Origin: Lysobacterales bacterium
Lineage (GTDB): Bacteria > Pseudomonadota > Gammaproteobacteria > Xanthomonadales > SZUA-5
Length of the DNA: 64,000 nucleotides
Direction of reading: 5' to 3'
NCBI GenBank assembly: GCA_022844165.1
Contig: JALHMH010000025.1
Span: 1-64,000 of the forward strand
The position numbers were made by a program, and so were the translations under genes. The notes beneath the pieces were generated by a model that was not told the DNA's origin, made no database searches, and worked only from the letters and a program-made list of their open reading frames with translations. Numbering within the stretch: the first letter of the stretch is position 1; each line of letters opens with the position of its first letter. Below are positions 8,832-17,469 of this stretch, one piece after another.

Positions 8832-9530
8832 ATGCTGACGATGAAATCGCTAAAAAAAATCTACCGCACGGCGCTGGTGGAGACGCACGCGCTCCGTGAC
8901 TTCTCTTTGACCGTCAACAGCGGCGAGTTCGTCGCCGTGACCGGCCCGTCGGGTTCGGGGAAGACCACCTTCCTCAACATTGCCGGCCTGCTCGAGGAAC
9001 ATACGGAGGGGCAATACACCTTGGACGGGATCAATGTGTCCGGCATGAGCGACGACCAGCGCTCGTCGCTGCGCAATCAGAAGATCGGTTTCATTTTCCA
9101 GAGCTTCAATCTGATCGCGGATCTGGATTTGTACGATAACGTCGATGTACCGCTACGGTATCGCGGTATGCCCAAGGCCGAGCGCAAACAGCGGATCGAA
9201 CAGGCGCTGACGCGCGTCGGCCTGGGATCGCGGCTGCATCACTATCCGGCGGAGCTGTCCGGTGGGCAGCAGCAGCGCGTCGCGATCGCTCGTGCCTTGG
9301 CCGGTTCGCCCAAACTGCTGCTCGCCGACGAGCCCACCGGAAATCTCGATACGGTCATGGCACGCGGTGTGATGGAGCTCCTGGAAGAGATCAATGGTCA
9401 GGGAACGACCATCATCATGGTCACGCATGACCTGGAGCTGGCCAGGCGTGCCGGCCGACACGTGCATATGGTCGATGGCCAGGTCGTAGACATCGCGGAG
9501 ACCGATTTCTCCTCGCTGCGAGCCGCCTGA
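8832..9530 (+). CDS. ABC transporter ATP-binding protein (LolD/MacB type)
   Basis: GPSGSGKTT, LSGGQQQRVAIARAL, LLADEPTGNLD. Confidence 0.95.
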   Translation: MLTMKSLKKIYRTALVETHALRDFSLTVNSGEFVAVTGPSGSGKTTFLNIAGLLEEHTEGQYTLDGINVSGMSDDQRSSLRNQKIGFIFQSFNLIADLDLYDNVDVPLRYRGMPKAERKQRIEQALTRVGLGSRLHHYPAELSGGQQQRVAIARALAGSPKLLLADEPTGNLDTVMARGVMELLEEINGQGTTIIMVTHDLELARRAGRHVHMVDGQVVDIAETDFSSLRAA

Positions 9531-9689
9531 TCGAAACAAAGCGCACCTCATACGCCATGAAGCCATGAATTCGCGCCATCCGCAATGTCAGGAAAGCGGA
9601 CCTTTCCGACGGGACGGCTTCGTCGCCTCATGTGGGGCAACACTGCCACAAATGCATCGCGCGAGCGCGCGACGCCAACGAGCGAAGAT

Positions 9690-11000
9690 ATGACCACCTA
9701 CTACCTCAAACTTGCGCTACTCGCGCTGAAACGCACTCCGGCGCTGTCGTCATTGATGGTGCTGGCGATCGCGCTGGGCCTTGCGACGGCAATGACCGCA
9801 TTTACGGTGTTGTATCGGATGTCGAACAACCCGATTCCTCAGAAAAGCGATGTGCTTTATGCCGTGCAGCTGGATGCATGGTCGCCGGAAAGGCCTTTTG
9901 ATCGCACCGACAACCTGCCGCCGGATCAGCTGACGCATGGAGATTCGCGACGCCTGATGGCCCTGGACGATGGATATCGCAAAACCGGCATGTGGCGATC
10001 GAGCGTCGTGGTTGTGCCCGAGAACACGAAAGTGCGCCCACGCAACGCGCCAACGCGCATCGTGGCACCCGATTTCTTCGCAATGTTCGATGCCCCGTTC
10101 TTGCATGGTCAGGCGTGGACGGCGGAGCAAGAGGCGCGTGCAGAGCGTGTGGTCGTCATCTCCCGTGAGCTGGCGGAACGTGTGTTCAACAAGAGCGATG
10201 TCGTCGGTGATCGGATCTATCTCGATGACGAGCAGTTCCAGATCGTTGGTGTGCTCGACACCTGGAAGCTCATTCCCCTGTTCTACGATGTCACCAACAA
10301 CGTACTCAACGAGACCGAAGACGTGTTTCTGCCGTTTTCGGTCGGCACCGGAAAAGAGAAAGCTTTCCACGGCAGCGTCAACTGCTGGCAGCCGCCAGGA
10401 GAGGGATTTAAGGGGCTGATCGATTCGGAGTGCATCATGACCCAGTTTTGGGTCGAACTGCCCGATCGCGGAGCGCGCGAGCGTTATCAGGCGTTGCTCG
10501 ATGCATATGTTGCCGAACAGCGCAAAGCCGGTCGCTTCAAGCGACCGGACAATCAGCGTGTCGTTGCCGTGATGCCCTGGTTGGAGCAAAACGAAGTGAT
10601 CCCTCGTGACACACGGATGTTCGTCGGCATCGGTGCTGCGTTCCTGCTGGTGTGTCTGTTGAACGCGACGGGTTTGCTGCTGGCGAAATTTTTGCGCAAG
10701 AGCGGCGAAATCGGGCTGCGCCGAGCGTTGGGCGCCTCGAAGCGCGAGGTGTTCAATCAGCATCTCGTCGAGTCGGGGCTGATCGGCGCCTGCGGCGCTA
10801 TCGCAGGTTTGATTCTGACATGGTCAGGACTGCTCGCCATTCGTGCGCTGATCCCCGAATACCAGGAAATTGCGCAACTCGATATCTGGTTATTTGCGGG
10901 TCTCTTCGCCACAGCGTTGATCGGCGCAGTTGCCGCTGGCGCATATCCGGCGTGGCGTGCCTGTCAGGTGATGCCCGCCTCGCAGTTGAAGGCGCATTGA
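9690..11000 (+). CDS. ABC transporter permease (MacB/FtsX type)
   Basis: N-terminal TM, large periplasmic domain, EIGLRRALGAS, three C-terminal TMs; start re-picked at MTTYYL. Confidence 0.9.
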   Translation: MTTYYLKLALLALKRTPALSSLMVLAIALGLATAMTAFTVLYRMSNNPIPQKSDVLYAVQLDAWSPERPFDRTDNLPPDQLTHGDSRRLMALDDGYRKTGMWRSSVVVVPENTKVRPRNAPTRIVAPDFFAMFDAPFLHGQAWTAEQEARAERVVVISRELAERVFNKSDVVGDRIYLDDEQFQIVGVLDTWKLIPLFYDVTNNVLNETEDVFLPFSVGTGKEKAFHGSVNCWQPPGEGFKGLIDSECIMTQFWVELPDRGARERYQALLDAYVAEQRKAGRFKRPDNQRVVAVMPWLEQNEVIPRDTRMFVGIGAAFLLVCLLNATGLLLAKFLRKSGEIGLRRALGASKREVFNQHLVESGLIGACGAIAGLILTWSGLLAIRALIPEYQEIAQLDIWLFAGLFATALIGAVAAGAYPAWRACQVMPASQLKAH

Positions 11001-11080
11001 GCCCACGTGTAGCGAGCGCCGGAAGCACCGGCCCGCGAAGCGCAGTCGATTCGCCCGCGATCAAAAATCAGGAACAGACC

Positions 11081-12298
11081 ATGGAAATTTCTCCGATCCT
11101 AAAGAGCCTGCGCAAGAATCCCGTCGCCGCGCTCTTGATTGCAGCGCAGGTGGCGCTGACGCTGGCGATACTGGCGAACGTGCTGTTTATCGTCAGCGAC
11201 CGGATTGCCACGATGTCAATGCCAAGTGGCATTGATGAACCGAATGTATTCACCTTTGCCAGCCAGGACATTGGGGAAGGTCGAAACCCCATTGATGGAA
11301 CACTGGCAGACCTCGACGCGGTTCGGGCGATACCGGGCGTTATTGCCGCCGCTACACAAATCGGCATTCCGATGGGTCAGAGCGGGTGGCAAACGGGCGT
11401 GACACTGAAGGCCGAGGAAAAGGTCGAAGGGCCGGAACGGTTGGCGGCGCTCTACATGGTCGACGAGCGAATGTTGGACGTCTATGGCATGCAACTGCTC
11501 GAAGGGCGGACGTTCAACGCCGAAGAGGTCATCGCCTGGAAGACTGGCGACCAGCCCAAACCACCGGTGGTTATCCTCAACAAAGCACTGTCCCAGAAGC
11601 TCTTCCCGGACGGCTCGGCGCTCGGGCGCATGATCAATATCACCGGCGATCCCGGCGAGCCGGCGCAACAAGTGGTGGGTGTTGTCGACACGATCGCTTC
11701 CCCATGGCCGCGCTCGCAAAACCCGGATCGCGTGGTTTTCGTACCGTTTCGTCCTTCCGGTTCTACGAACTTCATCGTTCGCACCGAGCCAGGCGAACTG
11801 GATCGGGTGATGGCCGCCATCGAAGAAGCCCTGTTTAAGGTCGATCGCAATCGTATTGTCGATGGCATACGCGATTTTAAGACCACCCGCGCGCGCGCCT
11901 TCGAGGGCGACCGAGCCATGGCCGTATTGCTGGCCGCGATCGCTTTGGCGCTGCTGGCGGTGACGGCTTTTGGCATCGTTGGCCAAGTGAGTTTCTGGGT
12001 GACGCAACGGACCAAGCAAATTGGAACGCGCCGCGCGCTGGGTGCCAGACGCAGCGACATCCTGCGCTACTTTCAGCTCGAGAATGCTTTGATTGTGCTG
12101 CTCGGCATCGCGGTCGGCTGCACGCTGGCGATGGCGATCAACGGCGCGCTGGTCAAGTACTTGAGCTTTGGCGCATTGCCGTTGAGCTGGTTGCCCATTG
12201 GTGCGCTGGTCGTTTTGGTGCTTGGCCAACTCGCCGTGCTTGGTCCCGCCCTGCGCGCCACACGAATCGCTCCGGCGATCGCGACGCGGACCGCGTGA
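11081..12298 (+). CDS. ABC transporter permease (MacB/FtsX type)
   Basis: QRTKQIGTRRALGAR motif, four TMs; start re-picked at MEISPI. Confidence 0.9.
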   Translation: MEISPILKSLRKNPVAALLIAAQVALTLAILANVLFIVSDRIATMSMPSGIDEPNVFTFASQDIGEGRNPIDGTLADLDAVRAIPGVIAAATQIGIPMGQSGWQTGVTLKAEEKVEGPERLAALYMVDERMLDVYGMQLLEGRTFNAEEVIAWKTGDQPKPPVVILNKALSQKLFPDGSALGRMINITGDPGEPAQQVVGVVDTIASPWPRSQNPDRVVFVPFRPSGSTNFIVRTEPGELDRVMAAIEEALFKVDRNRIVDGIRDFKTTRARAFEGDRAMAVLLAAIALALLAVTAFGIVGQVSFWVTQRTKQIGTRRALGARRSDILRYFQLENALIVLLGIAVGCTLAMAINGALVKYLSFGALPLSWLPIGALVVLVLGQLAVLGPALRATRIAPAIATRTA

Positions 12299-12420
12299 GG
12301 TCCATGGTCCTGTGGACGGGCGTTCTGCGTCAGACTGGGGAAAATCGCAGCCCAGCCCGGGGTCGTTGCGCAATCACGCCGCGACGAACGGCGGATGGCA
12401 CCCCGCCCTTGACCAGATCG

Positions 12421-13206
12421 TCAGCCCAAACGCCTGCCCAGGGCGAGCCCGCCCGCGGCCAGCAGCAAGCCAGCCAGCAGCAGCAGGGTCAGCGGCGAAC
12501 CGACCGATACCGCTGGCGGCAGTTCGCCGAAGTTGAGATCGAGTACGTTGAACTGTCCTGGTTCGAACGTGAACACGCGCACTTCGTCGATCAAACCATC
12601 GAAGCCTTCCGTCGCGACTAAGGGATTGCCACCGACCAGAAAGTTCCCCACCGGCGGATTGGGTGCGCCACCCGCAGCCACTTGCTGGACACCATTGACA
12701 AAAAAGCGGTTGGTGCCGCCGTCGCGCACCAACGCCAGATGGGTCCATTGGGTTGAGATCGGAACCACGCCATCGAGAACAACCCCGCCATAGAGAAATC
12801 CGTACTCGTTTCCAGCGCGGAACAACCCCCAGCCGGAGTTGCCGGTGTTGCCGTTGTAGACCAAAGTGGCGTTCAGGGCGACGCTGCCGTTCGACTTGAC
12901 CCAGGCCTCGACACCGAAGTTGTCGGTCGCCGTGCTCACGATGGCGCCGCTATAGCGATCGCTGCCGGCGTTGAAGGCCATGGATAGCGCCGATGGAACA
13001 ACTCTCGGTGTGATGCCCGAATAGGCCGGTGTACCGTTGCGCGTCAATGGGTTACTGCCAACCGAAGGCAGACTCGGGTTGGCGCCGGGTGTGTTGGGAA
13101 GCGCGCCGGGGTCCGATTCACCAAAACGATACTCTGCGACGACCGTAATCGCCGCCTGTCCAGTCGACGCCGCCAACAGCAAGAGCAGTACCAGTATCGA
13201 TCGCAT
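12421..13206 (-). CDS. Secreted LamG/concanavalin-like protein with C-terminal membrane anchor
   Basis: Signal peptide; VEAWVK, WTHLALV, FFVNG, FDGLIDEVRVF; hydrophobic tail ending GRRLG. Confidence 0.85.
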   Translation of the reverse strand: MRSILVLLLLLAASTGQAAITVVAEYRFGESDPGALPNTPGANPSLPSVGSNPLTRNGTPAYSGITPRVVPSALSMAFNAGSDRYSGAIVSTATDNFGVEAWVKSNGSVALNATLVYNGNTGNSGWGLFRAGNEYGFLYGGVVLDGVVPISTQWTHLALVRDGGTNRFFVNGVQQVAAGGAPNPPVGNFLVGGNPLVATEGFDGLIDEVRVFTFEPGQFNVLDLNFGELPPAVSVGSPLTLLLLAGLLLAAGGLALGRRLG

Positions 13207-13535
13207 GCGTTTCCCCTGAGTTCCGCAAACCGGTCGGTCCGCCAACCGCCGAATACTGCCAAAGCAGACGACCGGTCGCAAATCAGGCGCGAGCAGCACC
13301 GGGTCAAATCAGAAAGCAGGCCGTAAACCGCGAATTGCCGGTAGCAGGCGCGTCTGCTACTGGCAACCGGGTCATCCGGCCAGGGCCGTTGGCGCACATC
13401 CCGAGCGAAAGCCGCGCACGTTTTCTGGCGCTTCGCCGGTCGATGGACAACGCCGGTTGCGGTCGAACCGCGTTGCCGCTACTTTCGAGCGCGCGCCGTT
13501 CGCCGCTATCCGATGACAATCAGCAGGAGTGAACC

Positions 13536-15665
13536 ATGAACAAGCGACTTGTCCTCGGTGCTGCACTGATCGCGCTGATCGCGCTGTTTTTCGCGTTCGA
13601 CCTGCAGCGCTACTTCACGTTGGAGTCGCTGAAAGCCCACCGCGAGGTCCTGCTGGCATTCGTTTCTGAGCGCTGGATCGTCGCAGCGAGCGCTTACGTG
13701 TTGTTGTATGTGGCAGTCGTCGCTCTGGCTTTGCCGGCGGCCGGTTTGATGACCATCGCCGGCGGCGCGTTGTTTGGGTTCTGGGGCGTTCCGCTGGTGC
13801 TGCTCGCGGCCACGCTCGGTGCGACGATCTCGATGTTGCTGTCGCGGTATTTGTTTCAAGGCAGTGTCGAGCGGCGCTTCGCGGTCGCGATTGGGACCAT
13901 CAACGCGGGCCTCAAACGCGAAGGTGCGTTTTATTTGTTCGCCCTGCGGCTGGTGCCGGCAATACCGTTCTTCTTGATCAACGTGGCGATGGGCGTGACG
14001 CAGTTGCGGGTCTGGACCTTCGCCTGGGTCAGCGCGCTGGGCATGTTGCCTGGCACCCTGGTGTGGATCTATCTCGGTCAGCAGGTGATGCAGCTGACTT
14101 CGCTGAGAGGCCTGGTGTCGCCGACGCTGCTGATCGCACTGGCATTGTTGGGGCTCATGCCCCTGCTGACCAAGCGCCTCGTCGAGATGCTGCGTGCCCG
14201 CAAGGTCTATCGCGGCTACCAGAAGCCCAAGCGCTACGACTACAACCTGGTCGCCATCGGCGCCGGTTCTGCGGGGCTGGTGAGCTCGTACATCGCCGCC
14301 GCCGTCAAAGCCAAAGTCGCACTGATCGAGCGCCACAAAATGGGCGGCGACTGTTTGAATACTGGCTGTGTGCCGAGCAAAGCCCTGATCCGCACCGCGC
14401 GGCTGGCGGCCGAAATCCGCAACGCCGAACACTATGGATTGGAGGCGATGCAGCCGAAGATCGACTTTGCGCGTGCGATGCAACGCGTGCAAGAGGTCAT
14501 CGCCAAAGTCGAGCCGCACGATTCCGTAGAACGGTATACGGGCCTGGGTGTGGAGTGCATCCAGGGCGATGCGCGGTTGATCGATCCCTGGACGGTCGAA
14601 GTCAATGGTCGACGCCTCACGTCACGCGCTATCGTCATCGCGACCGGCGCACGGCCAACGGTGCCGCCACTGCCGGGAATCGAATCCGTCGACTATCTGA
14701 CGAGCGATACGGTCTGGTCGTTGCGCGAACAGCCGCAGCGCTTGCTGGTGCTTGGTGGCGGTCCGATCGGCTGCGAACTGAGCCAGTGTTTTCAGCGCCT
14801 GGGCTGCGTCGTGACGCTGGTGCAACGCGCACCGCGTCTGTTGCCCCGGGAGGACGAGGACGCCAGCGAATGGGTCGCCGCAGCACTGAAGTCGGACGGT
14901 GTCGATCTGCGCCTCGGCCACACGGCGATTCGCGTCGAGCGAGACGGCAGTGGCGGCCGGCTGTACGTTCGTGATGCCAGCGGCGAACACGCCATCGAAT
15001 TCGATCGTTTGCTCCTGGCGCTCGGGCGCACGGCCAACGTCAGCGGCTTTGGCCTGGAAGAACTGGGCGTGCGCATCGCCGACCGCGGCACGATCGAAGC
15101 CGATCCCTGGATGCGCACCAATTTCCCCAACCTCTACGTCTGCGGCGATGTCTCCGGCCCTTATCAATTCACGCACGTCGCAGCGCATCAGGCATGGTAC
15201 GCCGCCGTGAACGCGCTGTTCGCGCCGTTCTGGACGTTCAAGGCCGACTATCGCGTGATTCCGTGGAGCACCTTTACCGATCCGGAAGTTGCGCGAGTGG
15301 GTCTGTCCGAGACCGAGGCGCGCGCGCAAAACATCGCCTACGAAGTTGCCCACTACGGCATGGACGATCTCGACCGCGCGATTGCCGATGGCAGCGATCA
15401 TGGTTATGTCAAAGTGCTCACGGTGCCCGGCAAAGACACGATTCTCGGTGCCACCATTGTCGCCGCGCATGCCGGGGATTTGCTCGCCGAATTTGTGCTC
15501 GCGATGCGCCATGGCCTGGGCCTGAAAAAAATCCTCGGGACGATTCACAGCTACCCGACGATGATGGAAGCCAACAAGTACACCGCGGGCGTTTGGGCCA
15601 GGGCCCACGCGCCAGCGGCTGCGCTCAAGTGGATCGAGCGTTTCCACGCATGGCGGCGTGGATGA
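13536..15665 (+). CDS. VTT/DedA (TVP38) membrane domain fused to a pyridine nucleotide-disulfide oxidoreductase
   Basis: LRLVPAIPFFLIN; GAGSAG; GGDCLNTGCVPSKAL; GGGPIGCE; IHSYPT. Confidence 0.92.
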   Translation: MNKRLVLGAALIALIALFFAFDLQRYFTLESLKAHREVLLAFVSERWIVAASAYVLLYVAVVALALPAAGLMTIAGGALFGFWGVPLVLLAATLGATISMLLSRYLFQGSVERRFAVAIGTINAGLKREGAFYLFALRLVPAIPFFLINVAMGVTQLRVWTFAWVSALGMLPGTLVWIYLGQQVMQLTSLRGLVSPTLLIALALLGLMPLLTKRLVEMLRARKVYRGYQKPKRYDYNLVAIGAGSAGLVSSYIAAAVKAKVALIERHKMGGDCLNTGCVPSKALIRTARLAAEIRNAEHYGLEAMQPKIDFARAMQRVQEVIAKVEPHDSVERYTGLGVECIQGDARLIDPWTVEVNGRRLTSRAIVIATGARPTVPPLPGIESVDYLTSDTVWSLREQPQRLLVLGGGPIGCELSQCFQRLGCVVTLVQRAPRLLPREDEDASEWVAAALKSDGVDLRLGHTAIRVERDGSGGRLYVRDASGEHAIEFDRLLLALGRTANVSGFGLEELGVRIADRGTIEADPWMRTNFPNLYVCGDVSGPYQFTHVAAHQAWYAAVNALFAPFWTFKADYRVIPWSTFTDPEVARVGLSETEARAQNIAYEVAHYGMDDLDRAIADGSDHGYVKVLTVPGKDTILGATIVAAHAGDLLAEFVLAMRHGLGLKKILGTIHSYPTMMEANKYTAGVWARAHAPAAALKWIERFHAWRRG

Positions 15666-15753
15666 TCGGCTCGCCGCGCGGGTTGATGGGCGCGGCTAGC
15701 CGCCACGGCGCATCTGTGAAAAACTCGCCGCCCGGCGATCACGCGCGAAACCT

Positions 15754-16263
15754 ATGCACAGCGATCTATCCTTGCACCAAGCCGCCCATGAGATCGGCCA
15801 GTTGTTGCTGGCGCGACGCATGAAGCTGGCCGCGGCCGAATCTTGCACCGGTGGCTGGTTATCAAAGACGGTGACCGAAATCCACGGTTGCTCGGATTGG
15901 TTCGATTGCAGCTTCGTGGCCTACAGTTATGAAGCCAAGGAATCGATGCTCGGCGTATCGCGTGTCACGCTGGAGGAACATGGCGCGGTGAGTCGCGAGA
16001 CCGTGGTCGAAATGGTGCGCGGCGCGCTCTCGAAGAGCCGCGCCAATCTGGCGGTTGCCATCACCGGCATCGCAGGTCCTTCGGGCGGCACGCCGGGTAA
16101 ACCGGTTGGCACGGTGTGGTTGGCGTGGGGCCGCGGTCATCATCCGCCGGTGACGGAAGTGGTCCATCTGCAGGGCGACCGCGAATCGGTGCGCCGGCAA
16201 ACGGTCGCCGCAGCACTCGCCGGATTGAAGACGATTCTCTCCCAGCCGCATGATGCGTTTTAA
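15754..16263 (+). CDS. cinA: CinA/PncC-family nicotinamide-nucleotide amidohydrolase
   Basis: AESCTGG, HGAVSRE, ITGIAGPSGGTPGKPVGTVW. Confidence 0.9.
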   Translation: MHSDLSLHQAAHEIGQLLLARRMKLAAAESCTGGWLSKTVTEIHGCSDWFDCSFVAYSYEAKESMLGVSRVTLEEHGAVSRETVVEMVRGALSKSRANLAVAITGIAGPSGGTPGKPVGTVWLAWGRGHHPPVTEVVHLQGDRESVRRQTVAAALAGLKTILSQPHDAF

Positions 16264-16464
16264 GCGCTGGCGTCCTTGAGTTCCTGCCCGACGCGTTTCG
16301 AACCGATTCGGACTGTGATCCGGCGGTCGGCACATCGTCCCGGCATGACCCAGGTGTGGTGCGTGGGGACACGACATCAGGATGCACGGTTTGGCAACTG
16401 TCTTTCGTTCATTGATGTGGGCCCGCCGCAGTGGGCCTGCCCAATCACTCGATGGAGACATTCG

Positions 16465-16650
16465 ATGCGCCGATTCAAATCTCTGCTGCTCGCCAGCGTC
16501 ACATTCGCCACCATTGGGGCGGCACCCATGCCGGCCACAGCGTTCACGACTCCCAGCGTTCTGCCGCCGCGGACCTGCGCGCTGACGCCGATCATCGTCT
16601 GGGCGTTTCCCTTCCCCTACTACAGTTACGTGTTGGTTTGCAGGTCGTGA
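16465..16650 (+). CDS. Small secreted peptide (61 aa) with two cysteines
   Basis: GGAG RBS at 16454-16457; signal-peptide-like N-terminus MRRFKSLLLASVTF..ATA; mature part contains C-x20-C. Confidence 0.6.
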   Translation: MRRFKSLLLASVTFATIGAAPMPATAFTTPSVLPPRTCALTPIIVWAFPFPYYSYVLVCRS

Positions 16651-16856
16651 GAACCATGCCCGTTCGGCCTCCTGATCAGGGACGGGTCTTGGTCGTCCGG
16701 CCGGCGCGAACTTCGGCGGATTGACGGTGCGTTAACGTTGCTCCCGGTCAAACCGGCGAGCATCACAGCGCACTATTGTTGACAGCGCAATGCGTATGCG
16801 GTGGATGGCCCGTGTGGCATCTTTCCAGGCGACTTGGCCAAGCTGCGTTATTGACG

Positions 16857-17441
16857 GTGAGCGACCATCAAACCGACCTCGAACGCATGACGGCTTACCT
16901 GCGCGACGCGGTACCGGGTGGTTCGCCGTCGATGCACTCCTGGATGCGCGAAGCGCAAGGGGATTTGCGCCGTGTAGCGCATGCCGAGAGGCTGGCGCTA
17001 CGCGCAGGGGAAACGCTTTCGACGACGGCGTTGGTGAATGAGGCATGGCTCCGCTTTGCGCAGGCCGACTCACGATTTCTGGATCGCAAGCATTTTTATG
17101 CCACGGCGGCGCGTGCAATGCGTCAAGTCCTGGTCGATCACTTGCGCACGCAGCAGGCGCAAAAACGTGGCGGCGGCGCAGTGCATGGCGCCCTCGAAGA
17201 GGCGTTGGAGCTGGCGTCCGGGGATCCCTTTGGCGCCGATCTGTTGGTGATGGACGCGGCGCTGTCGGCGCTCGAACAGGCGCTGCCGCGTGCCGCGCAG
17301 GTGGTCCATTTGCGGTATTTCGTAGGGCTCGATGACCGCGAAGTGGGCGCGTTGCTCGGGGTTGAAGAAAGCACGGTTCGGCGCGACTGGCTCAAGGCAC
17401 GAGCGTGGCTTTTCCTGCATCTGGGCGGCAGCCCCGATTGA
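16857..17441 (+). CDS. ECF sigma factor of the kinase-associated (EcfK-like) type
   Basis: TLSTTALVNEAWLR, RKHFYATAARAMRQVLVD, AQKRGGG, TVRRDWLKARAWL; GTG start assumed. Confidence 0.9.
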   Translation: MSDHQTDLERMTAYLRDAVPGGSPSMHSWMREAQGDLRRVAHAERLALRAGETLSTTALVNEAWLRFAQADSRFLDRKHFYATAARAMRQVLVDHLRTQQAQKRGGGAVHGALEEALELASGDPFGADLLVMDAALSALEQALPRAAQVVHLRYFVGLDDREVGALLGVEESTVRRDWLKARAWLFLHLGGSPD

Positions 17442-17469
17442 TCTACTTCGTCGAACCTGGGATTCGAGG

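Noticed and set aside
13335-13366. Hairpin TTGCCGGTAGCAG..CTGCTACTGGCAA as another repeat family
   Set aside because: Single occurrence in the window; cannot be supported as a repeat
13536-15665. Mercuric reductase merA
   Set aside because: No C-terminal Cys-Cys pair, no NmerA domain and no mer operon; ordinary DedA-oxidoreductase fusion
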